Part shown: in pieces, positions 1-10,760 of the stretch
Numbering within the stretch: position 1 is the stretch's first letter
Layout of the letters: each line of letters opens with the position of its first letter
Assembly (NCBI RefSeq): GCF_032191835.1
Contig: NC_083224.1
Location: 52,018,001-52,082,000, forward strand
Direction of reading: 5' to 3'
Length of the DNA stretch: 64,000 nucleotides
DNA from: Heteronotia binoei
Taxonomy: Eukaryota
Program-made: the position numbers and the translations under genes
Notes under the pieces: model-generated
Told to the model about the DNA's origin: nothing
What the model saw: the letters and a program-made list of their open reading frames with translations, nothing else
The model's database searches: none

Positions 1-791
1 CATATACATTAAATTATGGAACACTCCACAGCCCTTTTTCATGGAACTGTAAGGTAAGTAGTGTCCAAACAATTCATGAAATTTAGTCACAGGATGGTAC
101 AACTATTGAGATTTACATGGATACATAATTGTCATAAATTTATATTTACTTGCACTACTCCAGTAATTTCAAGCACAATCCAAATGAAAGACAACTTCCA
201 ATCCTTCCTCCTTCAATTATTCTACTGAATTATTCTCCCACATAGGGGAGCCCACATTCACACAGGATCAAATATATGGCATTTTTACTCGCACAGGTCG
301 AATAGTGCTACTGTTGCTTTTTTGGAAAGAGATACGACTTTGATGTCAGTTGTAAATGTACTATATGAAGAATTTATGTGAGTATGTTAGGTGGTAATTT
401 ATAGTTAAGGGTTGTAGGGTGAGTAGATGTATAGTAATGGTTTATATTATGTTTCAGTAGAATAATTGAAGGAGGAAGGATTGGAAGTTGTCTTTCATTT
501 GGATTGTGCTTGAAATTACTGGAGTAGTGCAAGTAAATATAAATTTATGACAATTATGTATCCAAGTAAATCTCAATAGCTGTACCATCTTGTGATTGAA
601 AATTTCATGAATTGTTTGGACACTACTTACCTTACAGCTCTGTGAAAAAAGGACTGTGGAGTGTACCTTGCTGGAAGGAACTTTGAAGCAGGATATGAAG
701 TCGACCTCCTGTGACAATGGGACTCTACTTTGTATTGTGAATTTGTAATGTACTGAGATATTTTTGAGTGTTCCATAATTTAATGTATGCA
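1..791. repeat. Long inverted repeat (arms about 21-229 and 453-664, plus 1-26 pairing with about 766-791; spacer 230-452)
   Basis: 453-664 reads as the reverse complement of 21-229 with few mismatches. Confidence 0.9.
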
Positions 792-961
792 TGTATTGCA
801 TTTCACCTATAAATTTGGAATTATAGTGCATGAAATATTAGTACTTGTAGTCACTATAACCCTGTGGGTTGTTTCCATTTTGCAATCTAGAGTGACCTCT
901 CTCTGTATCTTTTATTTTCAGTGGAGGCAGTTCATGGTAAATCATGGAGTATGTATGCATG

Positions 962-1081
962 CAAGGCTTTTTTTGAGCAGGAACGCAGTTCCAGCTGGCT
1001 TGGTGTCAGGGGGTGTGGCCTAAAATGCAAATGAGTTCCTGTTGGGCTTTTTTTTTTTTTTTTTTACAAAAAAAAGCCCTG
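962..1081. mobile_element. Non-autonomous hAT MITE (CAGGGCTTTTTT-type TIR)
   Basis: TIR CAAGGCTTTTTT/AAAAAAGCCCTG; near-perfect 8-bp TSD tatgcatg/catgcatg. Confidence 0.75.
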
Positions 1082-2727
1082 CATGCATGTGTGAATGGAT
1101 CAAACTGCTTGGAACACCTGTGTTTATACCTGGGAAGAAGGCTGCTTTCCAAAATTTTCTAACAGTCCAATCCTATGAATCATTGCACCAGCAAAGCAGT
1201 AGATAAGGTCAGGCACTGGAGTCCTGATGCAGTGCCAGATTGATAATGTAGTGATATCACTAACACTAATCTGCAGGATAGAAATGATTTCCTTACACTT
1301 CTGCCACATTAGAGCTCATTCCTGCCTTGTGCCACTGGCAGTTTAGCCCTTATGCTTTTGCTATAGTGTCATCCATTCCATGCAAAATTCTTACCATGAA
1401 TCTGACAAAGCAGCCTTATTCCTCCGTAACATCCTCTCCATTGGGCTTGCCAGTGACACGGAGAGAGCTCAGGCATGCAAAAGGTAGTTGCCATTCCTAG
1501 TTGCTGCTGCTTCTTACTCACCTGCCTAGGCGAATGTGCAGCCATTGCCACTTGCTTGCCTTCCCTCACCCTCTTGTTGGCAGCAGCAGGTCAGGGAACC
1601 AGTGTCTGGCAGAAGGGAGGTAGCTGTGGAGGCTGCACAATAGCGGACTCCCCCAAGGTTCTGGGGCCTGGCCAACTGCCCAGTGATGCCAACCCTTGGT
1701 GCTGGCCTTGCTGATAAGGGAGGAGGTGTAAGATATTGCTCAGCTTTGGCATCACCTCAGCCTCTCGCACAGAGCTGGGTGCTGCTTTTGCTGTGGTGTT
1801 GCAAGCGACGGATATCTGTTGCCATAGTTTTGTGAAGGCATAAGACTGGGATGTGAGGCAATTGCACTGTTGTTTATACATCCAAGATAAAAATGAACCC
1901 CCCCCCCCCCCCAGAGAGCTGGATTTTGCAAAGAATGCTATTCTGCATGGCACTGAGAGTGTTTTCATCGGTATCTGCAGCTTACTGGTCACATACCTGC
2001 TTTGCTCTCACTAATATCTTTGAACCAGATAAATGGTTCCCCAACCCCAGTCTGCAGTGCAATACTAATTCCAATGAAGGAACAAGAACTGAGTCCTAGT
2101 TCACACATGCAGGGAAAATTAATTGGCAATGACGGGGCAGAGACCTGTGGTGGAAGAATGGCCTGCACAACTATGGACTGTTGGTGGAGGATCACATTGT
2201 GGAATGTTCTCATATGTTAAGCACTCCCTGCAAAAGCAGCACAGCAAGTTTGAAGCTGCAGAAGAACCTTTCTTCCTGCTGTCCTAGTTTTCTATTTGTA
2301 TAGAAATCTTGTTTTGATGTAATGGACCCTTCCAAACTGGAGTCCATCCCCTACAGTCTGAAGCAGTACAGTCCATTCTGCCAGTTCATTTACCAGCATG
2401 TGCAAACTGGATTTGAAGATGCCTAGCAGCTAGCCAGTTTAGTGCCCTTGGGAAATCTCACATCCTTGGTTCAGTAAGGGCCTTGGTTCACTTGTCTAGC
2501 CAGAGGTGGGCTCAGTTTTTTGCTGCCTGCATGTTAAAAGTTGTCACACACTCTTCCTCTGCTGGTCTCTTCCTTCCACTTCTGACTCAGGTAGCCCTAT
2601 ATTAATCCTGGCTATAGTGCCAGCATACAAATAGGTATTGCTAGTGCTGCTAGCCAGTATCCCAAACACTCTTGGCTCAGGGTTTAGGATTGTGCTGTAA
2701 TTCCCAAGAAAGCACCTCCACTAATAA

Positions 2728-2936
2728 CAGGGTTGCCAGCGCCTGGGGTGATGGAGGAGATGTCCTGGGATTACAACTGATTTCCAAGTGACAGAGATTA
2801 GTTTCCCTGGAGAAAATGGCTGGTGGACTCCATGACATCATGCTCTGCTGAGGTCCCTCCCCTACCAAACCCCTACCTTCCCCAGGCTCCATCCCCAAAT
2901 TTCCAGGAATTTCCCAGCTTGGAGTTGACAACTCCA
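2728..2936. mobile_element. TAGGGTTGCCA-type (hAT-Blackjack-like) MITE
   Basis: Starts cagggttgcca; body shared with copies near 13520-14300 and 33721-33940. Confidence 0.6.
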
Positions 2937-4374
2937 GGCATTCTCAAGGCAGTTGTATGCTCCTCCTTTCCAGTGGAGATCTCTAGACTGGCGGAAGAAA
3001 GCTATTCTACATCACAAGTCTGTATGGCCTTTCCACGAACCTCCCTTCTCTGTGCTTAGTGATGCTGGGATATGTTGCATTATGCCCAGGAAGTGCCAGC
3101 CTGAAATTTGTCGTATGAGAGATAGTGGGATTTCTTGTCATCTGCAAAGGTGAGTCAAAGACTGCAGCACCCCTTTCTTTGCTTGAACTGTCAGTCCAGT
3201 TCTCTGTTTCTGACTTGGGAGTCTCAACTCATTCCTACTTCCTCTACCCTGCACTGCTTGGAGAAGAAATTCAGCATAGTTTAGTGGTCCAAGTGATATT
3301 ATTGCCCTGGCTGTGGTTCACCTTTCTATGGTCCCACTGTGATGTAGTATTTTATCTAGCTGGACTAGACCAGTGAGGTCTGAGTTCAGATGCATATTTT
3401 GTCATGAAGTCTCTTTGGATGACTTTGGGCCGGTCGGTGCCTCTTAGCCTTACCTACCTCGCAGGATTGTTGCTGTGAGGGAGGAGATCAGGTTTGCTGT
3501 CCTGAGCTCCTTGGAGGAAGGATGAGAAAAATATGTAATGAATCTCAAAAGATCTGCTCACTTTAAACCCAATCCACCGGGTCTCACTATTACACTTGCA
3601 GGTACAAGTTATCCCCCCCACCCCCCACCCAAACAAACAAACATTGAATCTTAGAATCTGGTAACCCTTATGTATTTTCTTAGTACTAAAAGGTCTCTTA
3701 GGATGTTTTTCAAACAAATGATCTTCTGTGCTTCTAATACCACTATCAGGGTCACTTTGCACTGGGAATATTCTATGTGGTGTACAGCAGTGATATTAAC
3801 CAAGCCTGGGGGTTGATATCCTATTTTGGATACACTGGACAGCATATTCTCATACTAACAACACTAGGGTCTTTCTAAGTTAAAAAAAGAGCAATATGAA
3901 TTGTGCCTAGAAACAATCTGGCAGCCAGTGTAGCTCTTCAACTATGGGGGAAGTGGATCCCAGTTAAGGCCCTGGCTGCTGTATTTCTGGAAGGACAGAT
4001 GTTTCCAAACCCTTTTCAGAGGCCAATGTGAAGCAGAGGCTAGAGCGGAGGTCGCCAAAGTGTTGCATGGGGGCACCACCTACTGACACCTTTCCTGGTG
4101 CCTGCCAATTGTTTTTAGAAAGTGGGTGAGATCAGATGGGGCTTTTGCTCAGCACGACTTCTGATTGGCCATTGGAGATATGATTGGCTGTGCAGATTTT
4201 TAAAAACATTGCTTTGGCAGCAGCTGCCACCACAGCACAAGGATCTTCACTGTGTGACTGAAGGTAAGCTGCAGCAGCCATTTTGTAACACCATGCACCA
4301 CGTAAGCTGCAGCAGGTGTTTTTGTGACACCATGTTGTGTCAAAATTCCAAATGTGCCTGTAGGGTCAAAAAGA

Positions 4375-4715
4375 TAGGGGACTCCTGGGCTACAGTGATG
4401 GGCAAGGATCCGGGAGGCCCATGTTTGATTCCCTGATCTGCCATGGAAACTTGCTGAGAGATCTGGGGCCAGTAGCGCACTTTCAGCCTAACCTGCCTCA
4501 CAGGGCTGCTGTGAGGGAAAAATGGAGGAAAGGAGGACGTGAGCCACTTTGGGTTTCCACTTGGGGGGAAAGGCAGGGTATAAGTAAAGTAAAACGTATT
4601 TAAATTGATCTCTGTTAACTTTTTTCTGTTGTAAGCCGCCCTGAGCCCACCTCGGTGGGGAGGGCGGGATATAAATCGAATAAAATAAATAAATAAACAA
4701 ACAAACAAACAAATA
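4375..4715 (+). mobile_element. tRNA-derived SINE with L2-type 3' tail
   Basis: Degenerate tRNA-like head, ctcacagggctgctgtgagg core, tail gtaagccgccctgagc...gggcgggatataaat plus (AAAT/AAAC)n. Confidence 0.7.
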
Positions 4716-6678
4716 AATGGAAAAAAATAAGAGACAGCTTCTCATAAAAGACAGTGCATCTGAAAAATGTTTGGAAAGCTCTGCGCTTCCTGAATTCTAT
4801 AAGTGATCCGAATATGGGGAAATGTAGCGAGTTAATTTTTTTGCCAGGAGGGAATGCTGCTGGTGCCCCAGGAGACAATGGTGAAAGGCAGTCTCCAGTA
4901 CCACAGGTATCATGTAGGTGTTATAAGCAAAGCTGGATCGGATGGCACTTCAACACTAAAGGCTTGACCTTTGGAGTCTGGAGTGAAACTCCATCCAGCC
5001 CAGACCATGTACCTCCTCAGTAGTCAAGTGTCCACCTACCCTCTGCATTGTCCAGATTAAGCTCCAGGTTACGTGCTCCTGTGGATGAGGCTAAAGGTGT
5101 TTCTAAGTTCCTTATTTGCAAATATAGTCAGCATGGGGGTAGTGGTTAGAATGTCAAAATAGGATTTGGGTGACCCAGAGTCAAATCCCACTCCCTTCCT
5201 TGGAAACTTGCTGGGTGCTGCTGGGTTAGTCACGCACACCAGGAAGGAAGGAAGGAAGGAAGGAATTTTAAATGTCATGCACCCCAAAGAAAGCTTTAGA
5301 CCACCACAAATCTTGTATGCCCAGACTCTGGGGCCTGTGCCCTATAAAGTGATCTTCATCACTATTTGTGGTTATCTCCGCAAGCAACGAATTAGGAACC
5401 AGTTTCAACTTCATTCCCATCCAGTCCATTATTGTCCCCAAGCACTTGTGGAAGGAATCCAGGTCTAAGGAAAAGGTGGAACCATCTGTCATCTACATTC
5501 CTATAAAATCTCATTGCAAACCATGAAATAGTCATAAATCATGGGTGTACTTATGAGCATATGTAAAATGCATGCTCTTCACCATTGAGCACCTACATGC
5601 TCCCCTCCTCTCAAACCCCACATCTAGAACTGATGATCTGGCTTTCCATGTCAAAGAGCATTCTTGAGCTCTCTTTGCATCATAGAATCATACAGTTTGA
5701 AGGGACCTCCAGGGTCATCTAGTCCAACCCCCTGTACAATGCAGGAAATTCACAAGTACTCCCACCCCTTTTGAAGGGTATAACTATTTGAAGAGTATTA
5801 TCAGGTAAAAGTCTTGGGGGAGGGGCAAACCTGTTCCATACAACTTGCTCTCTAACCAGCCCTATGCACCAGTAGTCCAATGGCAAGCCCAGGGTGGCTA
5901 GAAGGTCCACTGTCCAGTGCATTCAACCCTACCACGTTCCCAGTCCCCAAGCTGCCTTTTACACCTAGGGGTTGGACCTGGGGCCTTCTCTACCATGGAG
6001 CCAGGGCCCCACCCCCGAAGTGGGTACTTCTTCATGGACATTCCCCCTCCCGGTATGGACAGAGCTTCAGAAATGGACCACTTCTCGAGTGCAGGGGGGG
6101 ACATGTCTGTGCAAGCAATCTGAACGCCCTCCCCCTAACGCCTTTCATTAGGACCAACCAAATGAGACTTAGCAGCCTGCCAGCATTCAAGTTCACTAAT
6201 CCCCTTCACCAGGCCGGGTGTCACGAAAATATTTAAAATGTGTTAAAAAGAGAAAGGAAAAATTCTCAAGACCCCCCCCCCCCCCCAGGCTGCTAGCAAT
6301 GTAAGCGTAGGCTGTGTTTCAGACATGAATTTAAGGACCCAGACTGGCACCAAAGATCACCTCTTGACTAGTAATCTGCCGCCCCCTCCCCACCCAAAAT
6401 GTGGAGCTTTAAACTCTTGTCCTGACATAAACTTTCCTGGCTCGGAGCCCACTTCATTCAGATCAAGTAAATTCCAGAGGCTCTCCTTGTTAGTCTGTCT
6501 GCCCCCCCCCCCCGACGGTAGGAGTTACTCTGGACAGCTGCATGCGGCGCCGTAGCAGAGAGATCTAGCACGTAGGGCACTATGGCCCTCTCATCTTTTA
6601 TTTTCCTGCGAAGGGGAGATGTCTCTCTTTCCCCACCCAAGCGTTCGTTAAGCAGAAGTCAAGGAAGCGCTCTCTTAC

Positions 6679-7110
6679 CTGCCTCAGCCAGAAACCTGCT
6701 CGACCCCTTCGAGGTGGACCAAAGGGTTTCCGATTCCCGCAAAGAGGTGAAATTAACTAGCTGTTTGTTTTAATCTCCCTAGTTTGGGAAAGAGCGGGAT
6801 CAGATGGAAGCAGCGGCCAATGGAGACTAGAGTTTGCCCAAACTGTTCCCTCCCACCCCAAAGGATTTGGCCATACAAGGCAAAAGAATGCTGAGCGCCG
6901 AGGGGTGGCAGCAGCCCAGCTGTGGGACGCTGGATTTGGGTCTGTGAGAAGGAAGAGAATGGAGGGGGGGAGCGAGAGGGAGAAGAGAGGATTCTGCCTT
7001 ATATAGCTGAAACAGCTCGGGAGGCGGCAGGGCGGGGGCCGCGGGGGTCCCGGTGCGCTCTGGGCAGGCAGCCTGGGTTGCCACCGAGAGGCAGCTTCCT
7101 TTATAAGGGT
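6679..7110 (-). promoter_or_regulatory. CpG-rich promoter and probable non-coding first exon of a minus-strand gene continuing left of the window (possibly MYL9)
   Basis: Strong donor CAG|gtaaga at 6679/6678 on the minus strand; CArG-like CCTTGTATGG (6871-6880), CCTTATATAG (6997-7006), CTTTATAAGG (7099-7108); M-CAT-like GCATTCTT (6884-6891); CCAAT near 6816; I found no coding exon in 1-6678. Confidence 0.5.
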
Positions 7111-8177
7111 ACAAGCCGGGCGAAGGACCCGCTTTCATGCTGCCTTGGGTGCAGGAGCTCTAAACAAAGATATAAAAATAAAATGCAAAAAGAAAAGAAA
7201 AAGGCAGAGGCTGGTAGGGGCCCTACCGTAGGGCATTGGCATAGTTGGCATTTTTTCCTACGCGCAGTTTTTGACTGCAGGGCTCGGTTGTTCCCTGCTG
7301 TTTCTTTATACAGAATTAAAAACAAACAGGTCAAAAAGTTTTTATTCTGAGGAGCGGTTTGCCTTCACTTGACCCTCGCTAATTTTGAGCGAGCACAGGT
7401 CCCTGCGCAGACCTCCCCCCTCGTGGCGGAGGGTAGCACTGCAGCCGTGGCGAACTACTGCCACTCGACCAGGGCTGGCCCTGATTAGTTTCTGAGGTCG
7501 GACGACATTGGGTTAGTTTCGTTTGCGCTGGTGCTACTAATGTTTTGTTTCTATTTTGACAACAATCCAGCGAGGAGATCAGGCAGCAAGGAAGGGACTT
7601 GTCTAAGATCACTCAGTAAATGTTGTGACTGGGACAATTGAGATCTGAACTCAGGCCTCTCCTGGTCAGCTGTCTAACGACTACGTGTAAAGTCTTCCTA
7701 TTCACCACTTATCTAGGTGGACCTATTGCACCTGCCTGGCCTAGATCTCAATTTAGACTCTGGATTTAGAAAAACCAGGGTTTTCTTTATTACATTTTTA
7801 TCCTGCCCTATCTCAGCCACTTCCTTTTATCCTCTCAACAATCTTGTAGGATAGGTGACACTCAGAGGAAATAACTGTATTAAAAGTCACTTTACAGTTG
7901 AGGTGAGATTTGAACAGGGACTTCCCTTGCCCTGTGGGATTAGACCCCCTTCAATCCAGTTAGGAGGTGGCATGATGTCATCTGGGGTGGAGCTCCACCC
8001 TCTCCTCAGGTAAATTTGAGCCAAAAGTCCAGGTCCCCAATACACACATGATGGAGAAATCAGCGGTGACTAAGCTTTTTAAAAAACCTTATGATGCTGT
8101 CCTCATTGTACAAGTAAGGTGATGAAGTGAAATAGAAGGGGCAGTGAGAAAAATTTTAAAAATATTCTAGGAACAAC

Positions 8178-8284
8178 CAGGGCTTTTTTGGGAGAAAAAG
8201 CCCAGCAGGGACTCATTTGCATATTAGGCCACATCCCTTGACACCAAACCAGCTGGAACTGCGTTCCTGCTCAAAAAAATCCTG
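8178..8284. mobile_element. hAT MITE (CAGGGCTTTTTT family)
   Basis: TIRs and TSD ggaacaac/ggaacagc. Confidence 0.75.
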
Positions 8285-8304
8285 GGAACAGCACTTTTTA
8301 TTTG

Positions 8305-8730
8305 AACATAAGAGAAGCCATGTTGGATCAAGCCAGTGACCCATCCAGTCCAACATTCTTTGTCACACAGTGGCCAAAAAACCCCCAACAAAACCAAGTG
8401 CCATCTAGATGTCCACCAGTGGGGCTAGAAGCCCTTCCACTGTGCCCCTCCCAAACAACAGAATACAGAGCATCACTGCCCCACAGGACCAGATCTACAT
8501 GTTTTTTGAGGGGGGGCAAAATTAAAAAATGGCGCCCCCTTATGGGCCATTCTATCTTATGCTCTCATAGAATACAATGGGCTCCATACCCAATTTGGCG
8601 CCCCTCCTCCGTTGGTGCCCAGGGCAAGCACCTCCCTCTGCCCCCCCCCACTAGATCCGGCCCTGCTGCCCCAGATAGAGAGTTCCAACGATAAACTGTG
8701 GCTAACTCATTTGTTCAAATAATCTATAAA
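8305..8730 (+). mobile_element. CR1 LINE 3' fragment interrupted by a hAT MITE (8484-8665)
   Basis: aacataagagaagccatgttggatcaagccagtgacccatccagtccaaca is a typical squamate CR1 3' motif; inserted MITE has a perfect TSD ctgcccca (8476-8483 and 8666-8673). Confidence 0.7.
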
Positions 8731-8733
8731 CAC

Positions 8734-8932
8734 CAGGGCTTTTTTGAGCAGGAACACACAGGAACGCAGTTCTGGCTGGCTTGGTGTCAGGGGGTGAGGT
8801 CTGATATACAAATAAGTTCTTGTTGGGCTTTGTCTACAAAAAAGTCCTGTGTGAAACAATGGTCATGTCAGGAGGTGTGGCCTAATATGTAAATGAGCTC
8901 CTGCTGGGCTTTTTTTCTACAAAAAAGCCCTG
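8734..8932. mobile_element. hAT MITE (CAGGGCTTTTTT family)
   Basis: TIR CAGGGCTTTTTT/AAAAAAGCCCTG, perfect TSD ataaacac (8726-8733 and 8933-8940). Confidence 0.85.
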
Positions 8933-9438
8933 ATAAACACAGTCTACTGGCAATTGAGTCCACAGAATCCAGGAGTTAAACGTTTTAAAAGAAACAAAAC
9001 TGACGCGTGACCAAGTCAGCTGCAAGGCATCAGCCACCCTGCAGGCTCAGATCTGATCACAGGTGGGACCATTGCTGAATAGGGCAAGGGAGAGCCTGTG
9101 CCTTTTGCAGTTCAGTCCTGTGGAGATTTATTCAGAAGCAAGTCCCACTGAGTTCATGGACCTAACTTCTAAGTACACATGCAAAATATTGCAACCCAAG
9201 GGTTACATGAAAAGGGGAATGTCAGCTGGGCTATTTTGTAATTCAGAAGAATTGTTGTACAGTTGTTTAGTTATCTCCCCCCCCCCCCCCCATTTTACAG
9301 TTCTCACTGAGACACCTTTTGGGTCCAGGTAGATGGATGCGAAGGGTTCTCTCTCAGAAAAGCAGATGGCTGCGCTGAATAGCCATTCATACAATTAATC
9401 TTGAATAAATTAAATTAGACCTACTTTACTTTTGAAAT

Positions 9439-9461
9439 TATATATATATATATATATATAT
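9439..9461. repeat. (TA)n microsatellite
   Basis: Direct read. Confidence 0.95.
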
Positions 9462-10242
9462 TTAATACTGCCACCTAATGGTTATCCCATGTACTCCACC
9501 TCACACTGGAGGGATTAATCAAAAATATCCTATGAAGACCAGCAATCCAGAGACTCATCATCTGATACTTTGCTTCCTGACCTTTGTTATGGCAATTTAT
9601 TTACCTTGTGGAACAGAAATACCTAGTTCTTGACCTCTGTGCCCTGTTTGTTGGCCCTCCAAGGAAACAGAATGGTGGACTTTGAAAATGTAGATATAAA
9701 TATTTTAAAATACAATAAAACATTAAAAGGTACTGGTGCAAGCACCAGTTGTTTCCAACTCTGGGGTGATGTTGCTTTCACAATGTTTTCATGGCATACT
9801 TTTTATAGGGTGGTGCACCAAACCAAACAAAAAAGCCTTTACCCACTGATGGAAGACAATGCCAAAGTAATGGGGCATTTATTTATTTATTTATGCCATT
9901 CATAGTCTGCTATTCTCACTTGGACTCAAGGCAGGTTACACAGAGTGAGTCAATACAATCAACAAGATGGGGCATTCAGGAAGCAATTCAATACAACTTG
10001 GGTTGTAAAACCAATCAGAAATCTAAAAACAGAAGTCTTAACATGACACATCAAATGATACAAAAATTATATAGTGGGATCCTAGTTTCAGTAAGATAAA
10101 CAGTAGCATAGACCACAGTCCCTAACATGTAACCAGCTCAAATGTCCTTTATTGGGTGACAGTCATATTCTGAATCATGTACCTAATTTGCTGTTCAGCC
10201 CTGTCCATAAGTGTGAATGGTTTTCTTCCATTTCATTTTATC

Positions 10243-10320
10243 TGAAGAAGTGTGCTTGCACATGAAAGCTCATACTTGAATAAAACTTTGTTGGTCTTAA
10301 GGGTGCCATTGGACTCTAAT
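10243..10320 (+). mobile_element. Penelope-like element terminal remnant (similar short copies near 11905-11990, 13140-13250, 31665-31765, 59670-59770, 60815-60900)
   Basis: ctgaagaagtg...gaaagctcata...aataaaactttgttggtcttaagggtgccattggactc motif; family assignment is from memory of reptile PLE ends. Confidence 0.5.
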
Positions 10321-10439
10321 ATTATCCATGTACCCAACACTATTTTTTTATCCAATTACTGAGTAAGTTGGCAGAAACATTGTGCCATCCAAAGAGTAAT
10401 TAACGTGAAATTCACTGCCACAGGAAGTAGTGGCAGCTA

Positions 10440-10760
10440 CAAACTTAGACAGCTTCAAGCAGGAATTAGATAAACATATAGAGGTCCATCAGTGGCTATT
10501 AGCCGTAAGGTATAGGTGAAAGCAACATCACCCCAGAGTCAAAAATGACTGGTGCTTGCACAGGGGACTACCTTTACCTTTTTATAGATGGAACACTATA
10601 TCTGGGGCAAGTGATGCTCTGTATTCTTGATGCTTGGGGGGCAACAGTGGGAGGGCTTTTGGAGTCTGGCCCCACTGGTGGACTTCCTGATGGCACCTGG
10701 TTTTGGGCTACTGTGTAACACAGATGGACCTGATCCATGGCTTCTCTTATGTTCTTAACT
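10440..10760 (-). mobile_element. CR1 LINE 3' fragment
   Basis: Reverse complement of the 8305 CR1 motif (gatccatggcttctcttatgttctt). Confidence 0.7.

Noticed and set aside
1-6678. Search for MYL9 or TGIF2 coding exons
   Set aside because: No MSSKRAK/EF-hand or TALE-homeodomain peptide found by eye here or in 7500-14700, so no gene symbol was assigned to the 6679 promoter.
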